Part shown: positions 29,434 to 39,864 of the stretch, in pieces
Layout: each line of letters opens with the position of its first letter
How positions within the stretch are numbered: position 1 is the first letter of the stretch
Origin: Planctomycetota bacterium
GTDB taxonomy: Bacteria; Planctomycetota; B15-G4; JADJEK01
Assembly: GCA_044225365.1 (NCBI GenBank)
Contig: JBGAIQ010000001.1
Span: 32,001-96,000 of the forward strand
DNA length: 64,000 bases
Direction: 5' to 3'
Made by a program: the position numbers and the translations under genes
The notes under the pieces: generated by a model
What the model was told of the DNA's origin: nothing
Databases searched by the model: none
The model's input: only the letters and a program-made list of their open reading frames with translations

Positions 29434-31422
29434 ATGATCGTGACCGCAATTCTCGACGTTCGTGTGCGCGAAGAGGGCAAGGAAGAGAGCGTTCAGTTCG
29501 GCAAGTCGCGGATCACGATCGGTCGCGCGACGAGCAACGATATCTGCGTCGTCGACCGCCAGGCCTCCCGAGTGCACTGCGCGATCGAATGGGTCGACGA
29601 CGGAAATGCACGGCTCCAGGATCTGGGTTCACAGAACGGCACGTTCGTGAACGGTCAGCGCGTTCTTTCGATCGACCTGCGGCCCGGGGACGTCATCAAG
29701 GTCGGCCAGGCGGAGATCCATTACGCGCCGGATCGCAAGAACGGTAGCGACACGATCGTGCCCGATGCCGGAACCCGCGCGCGGTCGGTCGACGACATGG
29801 TGAAGGAGCTGTCGCAGGAACGCGCATTCCTCATGCGGCTCATCGCGATCGGACGCGACATTGCGCTCGAACACGAATTGATGCCGTTGCTCAATCGCGT
29901 GCTCGACGCCGTCGTCGAGCTAACGGGTGCGGAGCGCGCATTCATCGTGCTGTCCGATGGACACGATGGCCTCGAATGCGAGTGTTCGCGGAACTTCGAA
30001 GGCTCCGAGGTGCGTAACGCCGACGTCGCGGTCTCGCGCTCGATCGCGCAGGAAGTGATGCGACGCGGGCAACCCGTGTTCTCGGTGAACGCTCGTGAGG
30101 ACGATCGATACAAGAGCGTCCAGTCGATCGTCAATCTCGGACTGCGCAGCGTGCTCGCGGCGCCGCTGAAGTTCCGCGATCAGATGCTCGGCGTCGTGTA
30201 CATCGACAATCGGCTAGAGGCCGCCGCGTTCAATGCGCGCGATCGAGATCGACTACTCGCGTTCGCGGATCAGGTCGCGGTCGCGGTCGCCAGCGCACGG
30301 CTCGTTCGCGACCTCACCGAGTCGAACAAGGCGCTCGGCTCTGCGAGAGCGCGCCTCGAAGCGCTCAATCGCGATCTGCGCCGCACCGTTTCCGATCGTG
30401 AAGCGGAACTCGCATCGGTTCGAGCGCGTCTCGCCGGCGAGGATCCGAACGAAGCCGAGATGAAGTACGAGACCGTCGGAATCGTCGGGCGCTCACCCGC
30501 GATGCGATCGGTGTTCGAACTCCTCGATCGCGTCGTCGAATCGGATTTCCCCGTGCTCATCGAGGGCGAGAGCGGAACCGGCAAGGAACTCCTGGCGCGG
30601 GCGGTGCATCGCCTCGGTAATCGCAGGTCCGAACCGTTCGTATCCGAGAATTGCGCGGCGTTGCCCGAAACGCTGCTCGAATCGGAGTTGTTCGGATCGG
30701 TGAAAGGCGCGTTCACGGGAGCGACCAATCGTCGCGGCCTGCTCGAGCGCGCCCACGGCGGCACATTGTTCCTCGACGAGGTCTCCGAGATGTCGCCCGC
30801 ATTGCAGGCGAAGCTCCTGCGGTTCCTGCAGGACGGCGAGTTCCGGCCAGTGGGGCGGACGGATCCGATCCACGTGAACGTGCGGATCATCTCGGCGTGC
30901 AACAAGGACCTTCGCCAGCTCGTCGCACAGGGGCAGTTCCGCGAGGATCTCTTCTACCGCCTGAACGTGCTGCCGGTTCGGCTGCCGCCCTTGCGGCAGC
31001 GCCGCGAGGACATCCCCTTGTTGCTCGAACGATTCGTCGCGCGCGCGGCAATCGCGCTCGGGCGACCCGCTCCGGCGATCGCGCCCGAAGTCCTCGAAGC
31101 GCTCACGAAGTACGGCTGGCCCGGTAACGTCCGTGAACTCGAGAACGAAGTGCGACGGCTCGTCACGCTCTCGGACTCGACCGTCACGCTCGATCAGGTG
31201 TCGGCGCACGTGAAGCAACGCGCGGTGAGCGCCGGAAACGTCGACGAAGGTGACCTCGCTCAGATGGTCCAGACCATCGAGGTTCGCGAGATCAAGCGAG
31301 CCCTCGATGCGGCCCATGCCAACAAGACGAAGGCGGCGCAGATCCTCGGGATCTCGCGCTTCGCCCTCAATCGCAAGCTCGAGAAGTATGGCCTCGCGAG
31401 TTCGGATTCGAGCGACGGCTGA
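29434..31422 (+). CDS. Sigma54 enhancer-binding protein: FHA-GAF-coiled coil-AAA+-Fis HTH
   Basis: FHA (IGR, SRVH, DLGSQNGT), GAF, GESGTGKE, GAFTGA, LFLDEV, FREDLFYRL, WPGNVREL, AAQILGISR. Confidence 0.95.
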   Translation: MIVTAILDVRVREEGKEESVQFGKSRITIGRATSNDICVVDRQASRVHCAIEWVDDGNARLQDLGSQNGTFVNGQRVLSIDLRPGDVIKVGQAEIHYAPDRKNGSDTIVPDAGTRARSVDDMVKELSQERAFLMRLIAIGRDIALEHELMPLLNRVLDAVVELTGAERAFIVLSDGHDGLECECSRNFEGSEVRNADVAVSRSIAQEVMRRGQPVFSVNAREDDRYKSVQSIVNLGLRSVLAAPLKFRDQMLGVVYIDNRLEAAAFNARDRDRLLAFADQVAVAVASARLVRDLTESNKALGSARARLEALNRDLRRTVSDREAELASVRARLAGEDPNEAEMKYETVGIVGRSPAMRSVFELLDRVVESDFPVLIEGESGTGKELLARAVHRLGNRRSEPFVSENCAALPETLLESELFGSVKGAFTGATNRRGLLERAHGGTLFLDEVSEMSPALQAKLLRFLQDGEFRPVGRTDPIHVNVRIISACNKDLRQLVAQGQFREDLFYRLNVLPVRLPPLRQRREDIPLLLERFVARAAIALGRPAPAIAPEVLEALTKYGWPGNVRELENEVRRLVTLSDSTVTLDQVSAHVKQRAVSAGNVDEGDLAQMVQTIEVREIKRALDAAHANKTKAAQILGISRFALNRKLEKYGLASSDSSDG

Positions 31423-31527
31423 GCCGTCTCGCGCGAGTCACTAGATGTCGGATCGAGGAACGAGTAGAACCGCGGTGCTGTCGATCGGCGGATCGAGTTC
31501 TCGCGAGAAGCCGAAGAAGAAGTCGGG

Positions 31528-34500
31528 ATGACGTCCACCCCGGAGCCCGTGAAGATCGCCGGATACCGGATCGAGGGAATGCTCGGCACCGGTGGGATGA
31601 GCCGCGTCTACGCCGCGCGTCAGCTCTCCGTCGATCGGCGAGTCGCGCTCAAGATCTTCGAACTCGGCGGCGGAGGCGGCTCGCAGGCGGCAGCCCGACT
31701 GCGACGTGAGGCGCACCTCCTCGCCAAACTCGATCACGAGAACGTCGTCCGCTGCATCGATTTCGGCGAGTCCGACGGGTACTTCTATCTCGCTCTCGAA
31801 CTCGTCGAGGGAGAGAGTCTCAAGCAACGCCTCGATCGGAGCGGCCGGCTCTTCGGGAAGGATGCGGCGAAGATCGCCGTCGCGGTCGCGCAGGCGCTGC
31901 AGCACGCGCACGCCAAGGGAGTCGTGCATCGCGACGTGAAACCGGGGAATATCCTCATCGCACGCGACGGACGGGTGAAGCTCTCTGACTTCGGTCTCGC
32001 ACGCACCCCGGAGGATGCCGAGATCACGCAACCCGGCACCGCGCTCGGTACGCCGCAGTACTTGTCGCCCGAGCAAGCGCGCAGTCCGCGCCGCGCCGGG
32101 CCGCAGAGCGACGTCTACTCGCTCGGTGCGACGCTGTACCACATGATCACGGGCGAGCCGCCGCATCAGGGCGAGACGCTCGCCGAGGTGATCACCGCGA
32201 TCCTCTTCGAGCCGGTGACACCGCCCGAGCAGCTCGTCCCCGATCTCGATCCCGCTCTGTCTCGCATCATCGCACGCGCGATGGCGAAGGACCGGAGCCG
32301 GCGATATCACAACGTGCTCGAACTCAACGCCGATCTCGTGTCGTGGCTCGGCGGGCAAGCGGATTCGACGTCCGGCATCTCCTGGGACGACGCCGGTGCG
32401 GCCCGATCGAACTGGTCGCGAGGAAAGAGGTGGGGAGTCGCGGCGCTCGTCGTCGGCGTCGTCGCGCTCGTCGTGGTTACGACGCTCGCGATCTCGAAGT
32501 GGTCCTCGTCGCCCGAGTCGACCCCGCCGCGGCCTGTCGCGACGGCCATCGCCCCGATCGATCTTTCCGACGTTCGCAGTGGGAGGGCGACGTACGTCGA
32601 AGCGATCCATCGGATCGAGTCCTTGCCGCTCTCCGATTCGCGACGGGAACCCGCGCTGCGAGAATTGATCCTCGATGCGGAGACCTTCATGACGACCGCG
32701 GCTCACGGCGCCCGCGTCCGCGCCCTCCCAGAGATGTTCCGCGGCCAGTTCGAGCGGGCGCACGACCGCTTCGACGAGGACTACCGCAGTCGGATCTCGA
32801 AGGTACTCGGCGAGGATCCTTCGACCATCCCCGAGCCCCTCGCGGCGGTCGTCGCGGCGGCATCGCTTGCCGAACATCGCGCGATCGACGCCGACGTGGC
32901 CACGATTCGCGAGCGAGCGAGCGCCGCCTGCGAAGCCCTCCTCGCGGCGTATCGAGAATCGTTCACCGCGCAACTCGCGAGCGACCGACTCGACGAGGCC
33001 GACGAGATCGTGAAGAAGGTCCGGAGCGACATCCCGCAGACGCTGACATTGCGCTTCCAGACCGCGGTCGCCGATGCGCTGCACGGCGGAAGTCCCGATG
33101 GAACGAAGGATGTGACTCCGGCCGCCGATTGGCTCGCGAGCGAAATCGCGGCGTGGGAAGCGGCGGCGCTCGACCTCGAGAAGCGACGGGATTCGCGGCG
33201 GGAGGAAATCTCGTCCGCGGCGTGCACGGCGATCCGTGAGTTCGCGATCCCGGATTCGGATCCCACGCCGATCAGAGACGTCGAGACCAGCTTGCGGGCG
33301 ATCGTTCAAAGCAAGCTGGGGCCAACGGCCGCAGCGATTCGAACGCGCTGGCCGGAAGTCGAAGCAGCGATCGGTGCGCGGATCTCCGAGATCGATACGT
33401 CGCGCACCGAGGCGGCGGCGGCGCACCGCGCGGAGCAGGAGGCCGATCTCGCGAGTTCGTTGTTCGACGCCTTGTCGAAGGGCGATCTCGTCCTCGCGAA
33501 CCAACTCGCGGGCAGGTGGGTGCCCGCTCGCGACAGCGATCCACTCCTCGTGACGCTCCTGCTCGGCAAGGATGACTTCATCAAGGCCGAGAAGGCCGTC
33601 CTCGATGACTTCGAGTCGAACGTCGGCAAGGCGCAGCGGATCCGCATGCGATCACTCGAGTTGGCGGCGACGCTCGATTCGGTCGACCGCGCGGCGCGAA
33701 CGCTCGAGTTCACGAAGCCGAACTACAAGGTTCCGATCACGGATCTTGCGACCGACGAGTACGAGAGCCGGGCGGGTGCCGCGGCGACTCCGTTGTTCCG
33801 CACGCTCCTCCGACTGTTTCGGGGAGACGCGGACGGCGCGAGCGCGGCCGCGAGAGGACACGAGGACGAGCCATGGTTTCGCGGCGCGAGCGCGGCGATC
33901 GCCGACCTGGCGTCGAGCCTCGCGGGCAAAGCACGATCCGACGCCGCGGAAGCAGACGCACTCCTCGCGCAGTTCGAGGCCGCGACCGCGAAGAAGGATC
34001 TCGCCGCCGCCGCCGCCGCCGCGAGCAAGCTGCTGTCGAATCCTCGCCTCCATCACCTGCCGAAGGTGAAGGCCTCGCTGCCCGAGCTGAAGCGGGCTCG
34101 CGAATCCGGTCAGGCTGCGGCCGCGCGCGAGAAGAAGCGAGACAACGTTCGCGAAGCGTCCAGCGGGAAGGTGGAGTTCGAGACCGACGGTCGGGTTCAT
34201 TGGTCCTATTCGTTCGACGACCCAGCGGAGGCGAAGGACTTCGTCCTTCCCGGCAGCGAGTGGCGAGTGGGCGGAGGGCGACTGTCCTCGTTGTCGGAGC
34301 TCGAACGGGTCCCATCGGGTGGATCGATCGACCTGTTCCGCAACCGCACGGGGATCACGAAGCGACTGGGGATCCAAAGTGATCGCAGTTGTGAGGTCGA
34401 ACTCGAACTCGTGCTTCCTCTCGAGCCGGCGCCGGGACTCATCGGCATGCGCGTCTTCTCGACGTGCTTCTTGCTTCGCACGATGCCGGGCGGTGGGGGG

Positions 34501-34815
34501 CAGGTGAATTCGTGGCTGGGCGATCTCGACGACTTCCGCGACTACTTCTTCGATCCCGCGCTCGGGGAGACTCAGCCGAAGAAGCGCGGCGGCGGTTGGA
34601 AGTCGTTCGCGCTCGAACGCGGAAATCGATATCACGTCGCGATCGAGAGCTCGGGCGGCAGTGACGCGGAGTGGATCCTCCGCATCGAGGACAGCGAGGT
34701 GTATCGCTGGAAGCCCAATGGCGAGCCCCGCGCGACGAATCTCGAGTTCCGAACGGAGATGCCGTGCGAGATCGACGCCATCTCCATCCGCGGCTACGTG
34801 GCGGGAGTGAAATGA
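31528..34815 (+). CDS. Membrane Hanks-type Ser/Thr protein kinase with a large C-terminal helical and beta-sandwich region
   Basis: GTGGMSRVY, VALK, HRDVKPGN, DFG, GTPQYLSPEQ, SDVYSLG; TM near residues 302-322. Confidence 0.92.
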   Translation: MTSTPEPVKIAGYRIEGMLGTGGMSRVYAARQLSVDRRVALKIFELGGGGGSQAAARLRREAHLLAKLDHENVVRCIDFGESDGYFYLALELVEGESLKQRLDRSGRLFGKDAAKIAVAVAQALQHAHAKGVVHRDVKPGNILIARDGRVKLSDFGLARTPEDAEITQPGTALGTPQYLSPEQARSPRRAGPQSDVYSLGATLYHMITGEPPHQGETLAEVITAILFEPVTPPEQLVPDLDPALSRIIARAMAKDRSRRYHNVLELNADLVSWLGGQADSTSGISWDDAGAARSNWSRGKRWGVAALVVGVVALVVVTTLAISKWSSSPESTPPRPVATAIAPIDLSDVRSGRATYVEAIHRIESLPLSDSRREPALRELILDAETFMTTAAHGARVRALPEMFRGQFERAHDRFDEDYRSRISKVLGEDPSTIPEPLAAVVAAASLAEHRAIDADVATIRERASAACEALLAAYRESFTAQLASDRLDEADEIVKKVRSDIPQTLTLRFQTAVADALHGGSPDGTKDVTPAADWLASEIAAWEAAALDLEKRRDSRREEISSAACTAIREFAIPDSDPTPIRDVETSLRAIVQSKLGPTAAAIRTRWPEVEAAIGARISEIDTSRTEAAAAHRAEQEADLASSLFDALSKGDLVLANQLAGRWVPARDSDPLLVTLLLGKDDFIKAEKAVLDDFESNVGKAQRIRMRSLELAATLDSVDRAARTLEFTKPNYKVPITDLATDEYESRAGAAATPLFRTLLRLFRGDADGASAAARGHEDEPWFRGASAAIADLASSLAGKARSDAAEADALLAQFEAATAKKDLAAAAAAASKLLSNPRLHHLPKVKASLPELKRARESGQAAAAREKKRDNVREASSGKVEFETDGRVHWSYSFDDPAEAKDFVLPGSEWRVGGGRLSSLSELERVPSGGSIDLFRNRTGITKRLGIQSDRSCEVELELVLPLEPAPGLIGMRVFSTCFLLRTMPGGGGQVNSWLGDLDDFRDYFFDPALGETQPKKRGGGWKSFALERGNRYHVAIESSGGSDAEWILRIEDSEVYRWKPNGEPRATNLEFRTEMPCEIDAISIRGYVAGVK

Positions 34816-34816
34816 G

Positions 34817-36724
34817 ATGATCCTCGCCAAGTCGCTTCACAAGGCACTCTTCTTCGTCACCCTCTTCTGCGCTGTTCCGCGATCGTGGGCGGCCGACGGG
34901 GTCGACGACCCTGCGCGCCCCGCTCTGCCGCCGTGGATCGCTGGGCTCTCCACGCGAACGGCGGCCGATCGCGAGGGGGCTTTCGCCGACCTCCCGCATC
35001 ACATGCTCGATCCCCGCGAGCTGAAGGTCCTGCTCGCGGCGGCACAGAACGATCCCGAGGTCGAGGCTCGTGCCGCGGCGGCATCGATGGCAACGCCGGC
35101 GCTCGCGCCGCTGCTCGCTCAGGTCGCCCGGGGCGCGCCGGACGGCTCGGCCGCCGAGGCGGCGATGGCGCGAAAATGGCTCGTCGGTCTCGTTGCGACG
35201 GAGATCGCTCGCCGCGCTCCACTCGAACGACTCACCTCGCGCGCCGTACGCGTCAAATTGTTCTCGGACGGAGTCGTGAGCGGAGCGAGTTGGCCTCTCG
35301 TCGGCGCCCTCTCGTTGCAGCGGGCGATCGCGATGCTGGATCGCCACGCGCACCTCGAGTCGCGACTCGTCCTCGATCCCACGCTGAGGCCGCTCGACCT
35401 GCCACCGGTCGAGGGACTCGAGTTCCTGCCGACCACGGCGGGAGGACTCCTCAAGCGACTCCTCGAATCCCGCGGCCTGCGGATGGTCGACGTGGGTCTC
35501 TTCTCGGTCGTGACCTCGACGCAGACCGAGCAGGCGATCTCCGACGAACGCGAGAAGCAGAGCGAGACGCGCGAAGGGGTCAGGATCGAACTCGGATCGG
35601 CGCGGTTCCTCGTCGATCTCCTCGTCGGTCCCGCGCCCGCCGATCCCGTGACTCGCTTCTTCGTCTGGCGAGCGCTCGCATTCCAAGGTGCAGCGGAAGC
35701 CGCGGGCCGGGCCGAGGCCGATGCGGTGCACGATCTCGATCTCTCGATGCTCGCAGCCACCGCGCGAACGGCGAGCGCGGCGTTCGTGCGCAAGACGATC
35801 GAGGTCAGTTGCGGAGCGAGCGAGGCCGCCGTCGATGCTCTCGTTCAGGAGATCGAAGTCGGAGGTCCCGACGAGGCGTTCGCCGCGGTCTTCGACGAGC
35901 TTCGAACGAGCCCGGTCCCGCGTGCGCGGGCTGCGGCACTCGGATTGTTCCTGCGTGCGAGTGACCGAGGATCCGCGATCTTCCTGCGATCCTTCCTCGA
36001 GGACGAGACGCCTGTGGTCCGTCGACTCGTGCTCACCGCGCTCCTTCGAGGCGACGGTGTGGAGCAGGGGGACTTCGTCGATGCGTCGACGCCGAAGACG
36101 ATGGACTCTCTCGCACGAAGTCTCTCGGACGACGTCCTCGCGCGTCCGAGCCTCGCCGCGTGGCTGCATCGCGAGCGCTCGCCGCGGCCTCTCTGTCCCA
36201 CAGAGGCCCGATTTCGATCGACGATCCTCTCGCGGAGCCCCACCCTCGCGGCGTTCGACTTCGGACTGCGCTTTCACAGCGCCACACCCACGGAGCTGAG
36301 ACAAGTGAGCGGCGACCAGGGAGCGAACTTCCTCCTCGGCGCAGCGCTCGGCTCGATCGATGGTGGGTGCGCGAGCCCGGCGGTGGCCCGACTTGCGGTC
36401 GAGCGACTCGGGGCGGACCCCGCCCTCGCAACGGTCGCGCTCTCTCGCTGCGGTCGACCGCAGGAATACCAGGTGGGAGCCGATCGCATCGGGAGCTTCG
36501 ATGAACGGACGGCGCGCGCCCTGATCTCCTTCGCGGGGATCGAACACGCATCCGGTCGCGATGAGTTGGCGAGCGCGATCTACGCAGCGCTGCGGCAATC
36601 CAAGTCGCAGAACCGACTCGGTGTGGCGCTCTACAAAGAGATCGACGCCGTCCTCTCCGCGAGCGACTGCGGCGATCTCGATCTCGTCGAGGAATGGGAG
36701 CTCGGAACGATCACGAGCGGTTGA
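34817..36724 (+). CDS. Exported hypothetical protein, alpha-helical/HEAT-like
   Basis: Starts 1 nt after the kinase stop; signal-peptide-like N-terminus; HEAT-like FLEDETPVVRRLVLTAL. Confidence 0.6.
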   Translation: MILAKSLHKALFFVTLFCAVPRSWAADGVDDPARPALPPWIAGLSTRTAADREGAFADLPHHMLDPRELKVLLAAAQNDPEVEARAAAASMATPALAPLLAQVARGAPDGSAAEAAMARKWLVGLVATEIARRAPLERLTSRAVRVKLFSDGVVSGASWPLVGALSLQRAIAMLDRHAHLESRLVLDPTLRPLDLPPVEGLEFLPTTAGGLLKRLLESRGLRMVDVGLFSVVTSTQTEQAISDEREKQSETREGVRIELGSARFLVDLLVGPAPADPVTRFFVWRALAFQGAAEAAGRAEADAVHDLDLSMLAATARTASAAFVRKTIEVSCGASEAAVDALVQEIEVGGPDEAFAAVFDELRTSPVPRARAAALGLFLRASDRGSAIFLRSFLEDETPVVRRLVLTALLRGDGVEQGDFVDASTPKTMDSLARSLSDDVLARPSLAAWLHRERSPRPLCPTEARFRSTILSRSPTLAAFDFGLRFHSATPTELRQVSGDQGANFLLGAALGSIDGGCASPAVARLAVERLGADPALATVALSRCGRPQEYQVGADRIGSFDERTARALISFAGIEHASGRDELASAIYAALRQSKSQNRLGVALYKEIDAVLSASDCGDLDLVEEWELGTITSG

Positions 36725-36751
36725 GCGTACCGCGACGACCCACGCGGATCG

Positions 36752-38797
36752 TCATTTCTGCTGTTGGGCCGGGGGCACGGTGAGCGTCACGTCGGTCGCC
36801 ACGCCATCGCGGACCACCACGGTTTTCTCGGTCTTGCTCGCGAGCATTGCGGCGAGCAGCGGATTCACCGGCTGCCCATCGACTTGCTCCGCCATCAGAG
36901 AGAGCTTCCACTCGCCCGGCGGGAGGTTCGTGAGGATGAAGCGGCCATCGTAGTCCGGCTTCCGCGTCTGCTGTGAACCGAGCGCGGCGGTCTGGGAGGC
37001 GGGATTGTTCGGGTCGGGGACGAGGCTCGCCGTGATCGAACCATCGAAGAACGGCTTTCCCGACTGATCCACGCACCGACCGTGGATCTCGCCACCCGAG
37101 CTCAAGGTCACGATCCCGATGTCCGTCACCTGACCCTCGGTGAGCGCGACTTCCGGCTTCGTCACGGCGGTGAAACCCATCGCCTTGACCGAGATCTGGA
37201 TCGGAGAACTCGTTGCATCGAGGTGTTCGATGAGGAACGAGCCATCCTTGCGGGTGCGGGCCTTCTGGATTCGCGGGGCAGCCGACCCCGGCATCTCGGC
37301 GAAGATCTTGGAGAGGAAGTTGTCTTGGTAACCGTTCTCCTCGACGTTCACTTCCGCGCCGGCGACCGGTTCGCCCTTCGAACTCATCACGCGTCCGGAG
37401 AGGCCGCCGCCTTGGCGCAGGATGATCTCGATGTTCTCCGTCGGGTGATCGCGATCGACGAAGAACTTCGCGGAGGACGAGGGAGCAAAGCCGTCGACCG
37501 TGGCTTCCATCTCGTACTGACCGGGTTCGACGTCGACGAACTCGAACGAACCGTTCGCGGAGTTGAATGATTGCGTCTGATTCGTGGGCCAGGCCTTGTC
37601 CTCGCGCACCGCCTTCAGCATGAGTTGGAATCGCGTCGCTGCGCGACCCGTCGCGTCGTGCGTCTTGCCCCGAACGATGCCGCGCGACTCGAGCTGGACC
37701 CGCACGTCATTGGCGTCCGCGGGGAATTGACCGACGAGCTTCTGGCTGAAGCCCTTCTTCTGCGCGGTGAGCTGATACGTGCCTTCGCCGAGGCTTGCGA
37801 GCTCGAACGTGCCGTCGCCCTTCGACTGGACGTTGCTGCGCGACGAGGGAGCGTTCGGCGCCTGGTTGATCTGGTCGCCTTCGATTCGTACGTCGGCGAT
37901 CGGGGTGCCGCGCGCATCGGTCACGACACCTCGAATCGAATGGGCCGCAGGCATGTCGAAGTTGAAGATCCGATTTCCCTCGGCCGGAGCCTGCAGGAAG
38001 ATCTGCTGCTCCCGCTTCACTTGAGTCGCGTGACCAGCCGCGGAGCAGACGAGCTCGAACGAGGTGAAGTGAACCGTCTTGATCTCGTAGTTGCCGTTCG
38101 CGTCGGTCGTCACCGACGCCCACGGCTTCTTCTGCGACGCGTCGAGGTAGTTCGTGTTGAGGATGTCCCACAGTTCGACCGTCGCTCCGGCGAGCGGAGT
38201 CTGTGTCACGAGCGAGTTGACCATTCCCTTCAGGGTGGATCCCGGAGTCAGCACGATCTCGGGGACGACGCTCTCCCCTTTGCCGAGCGCACTGATCAGG
38301 CGTTCACCCTGCGCGTAGTCGGGGTGACTCGCGGTGATCACGTAGTTCGTGCCGGCGGCGATGTCCTCGAGCACGTAGTTGCCATCGGCGTCCGTCTTCG
38401 CCGAGAAGCCCGTCGGCTTGTGCGACATGATCGTGCGCATCACCGGATTCGCCGGCCCGAAGTAGAGAGTGACGTTCGCGTTGGGAATCCCCTGGTTCGA
38501 CTTGTTGACCACCCGTCCCGCGATCGTCGAGTTGCCCATCGCGTTCTCGTCCTGCGATTTCGCGACGGTGCGCACCGGTTCACGAACCGTTCCGTCCGGC
38601 TCGGCCTTCCCGGTCTCCCCGACCTGAGGCGCTTCGACCTCGGGCGTCGATCCCGGATCCTTCGGATCTTTCTTCCCAGCGGTGGTGGGTCCGCTCGAAT
38701 TCGAGTCCTTGCTCCCGGAGAAGAGCCCGCTCATGACGGCGGCGCCGGCTCCGAGAAGGACGATCAATACCACGGCGAGTGCGGTCGACGGTTTCAT
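36752..38797 (-). CDS. Membrane-anchored protein with repeated carboxypeptidase-regulatory-like (transthyretin-fold) domains
   Basis: N-terminal TM; about six repeats of GxVxxxxGxPxxxAxV...TDxxGxY/F. Confidence 0.85.
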   Translation of the reverse strand: MKPSTALAVVLIVLLGAGAAVMSGLFSGSKDSNSSGPTTAGKKDPKDPGSTPEVEAPQVGETGKAEPDGTVREPVRTVAKSQDENAMGNSTIAGRVVNKSNQGIPNANVTLYFGPANPVMRTIMSHKPTGFSAKTDADGNYVLEDIAAGTNYVITASHPDYAQGERLISALGKGESVVPEIVLTPGSTLKGMVNSLVTQTPLAGATVELWDILNTNYLDASQKKPWASVTTDANGNYEIKTVHFTSFELVCSAAGHATQVKREQQIFLQAPAEGNRIFNFDMPAAHSIRGVVTDARGTPIADVRIEGDQINQAPNAPSSRSNVQSKGDGTFELASLGEGTYQLTAQKKGFSQKLVGQFPADANDVRVQLESRGIVRGKTHDATGRAATRFQLMLKAVREDKAWPTNQTQSFNSANGSFEFVDVEPGQYEMEATVDGFAPSSSAKFFVDRDHPTENIEIILRQGGGLSGRVMSSKGEPVAGAEVNVEENGYQDNFLSKIFAEMPGSAAPRIQKARTRKDGSFLIEHLDATSSPIQISVKAMGFTAVTKPEVALTEGQVTDIGIVTLSSGGEIHGRCVDQSGKPFFDGSITASLVPDPNNPASQTAALGSQQTRKPDYDGRFILTNLPPGEWKLSLMAEQVDGQPVNPLLAAMLASKTEKTVVVRDGVATDVTLTVPPAQQQK

Positions 38798-39033
38798 GGG
38801 ATCTCTCGAGGCACCTGGTCGAATGGAACGAGCACGAAGGAGCGTGAGACGCGAAGTCGGGTACAACCTTGCGAAACAATCTGAGCTCGCCCAGCGTAGC
38901 AGTCGAATGGGTGCATTCGAGCCCCACCCGCGACACCGTGGGAGGCGGCACGAATGCCGGACTTTCAGCGCAAGGAACTCGTCGCAAACCGATTATCCTC
39001 AACGGTTCGCCACGAGAGGACTTTTTCGGAATA

Positions 39034-39051
39034 TGGCACGGTCCTTGTTAA
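39034..39051 (+). promoter_or_regulatory. Sigma54-like promoter, TGGCAC-N6-TGTTAA variant
   Basis: TGGCACGGTCCTTGTTAA matches TGGCACG-N4-TTGC except C>T at -12; 60 nt upstream of ATG 39112. Confidence 0.6.
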
Positions 39052-39111
39052 GCGTGGTGGGTACGGGTCGCATCGCGACGATTCGTCGTAGAGCGCCCGG
39101 GAGCATGAATC

Positions 39112-39864
39112 ATGTTGGCGTATTTCGGCTTCTACGGGATCCAAGGGCCTTGGCTCATTCCAAGTCTCTTGATCCTGCTGCTGTCCTTCTGGGCGCAGAT
39201 GCGGGTCCAATCGGCGATCGCGCGCTACGGCGCCATCCGTTCGCGGAGCGGTCATACCGGCGCGGACGTCGCGCGGATGCTGCTCGAGGCGCGCGGCATC
39301 ACGGACGTCAAGGTCGAGCGCGTCGGCGGGTTCCTCTCCGATCACTACGACCCGACGACGAAGACCCTGCGCCTCTCCGAGGTGAGCTACGACTCGGATT
39401 CGATCGCGGCGATCGGCGTCGCGGCGCACGAGACCGGTCACGCCTTCCAGCACGCCGACGGCTACGCGTGGCTCGGCATGCGTAGCGCCCTCGTCCCGCT
39501 CGTCAACCTCGGCAGCACCCTGCTGCCGTTCCTCATGATGTTCACGATCGGGTCCTTGTACTTCACTGGATTCGGCTCGCATCACGCCAGTTCTCCGCCG
39601 GGCATCCTCGCGTATCTCCTCGTGTCTGCGCTCGGCGCGATCGCGCTCTTCTCCCTCGTCACGCTGCCCGTCGAGATCGATGCGTCGCGACGCGCACTCG
39701 TCACCATCGGGGCCGCAGGTATCCTGGAGGAAGGCGAGGAGCTCGAAGGCGCTCGTCACGTTCTCACCGCGGCGGCCTGGACCTACGTCGCGGCGGCGAT
39801 CCACGCCGTCTTCGAACTCTTGAGATGGTCCTCCATCCTGTTCGGACGGCGGCGGAATGACTGA
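39112..39864 (+). CDS. Membrane neutral zinc metallopeptidase (YugP family)
   Basis: TGADVAR, LSDHYDP, VAAHETGHAFQH, TLPVEIDASRRA, LTAAAWTYVA. Confidence 0.93.
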   Translation: MLAYFGFYGIQGPWLIPSLLILLLSFWAQMRVQSAIARYGAIRSRSGHTGADVARMLLEARGITDVKVERVGGFLSDHYDPTTKTLRLSEVSYDSDSIAAIGVAAHETGHAFQHADGYAWLGMRSALVPLVNLGSTLLPFLMMFTIGSLYFTGFGSHHASSPPGILAYLLVSALGAIALFSLVTLPVEIDASRRALVTIGAAGILEEGEELEGARHVLTAAAWTYVAAAIHAVFELLRWSSILFGRRRND

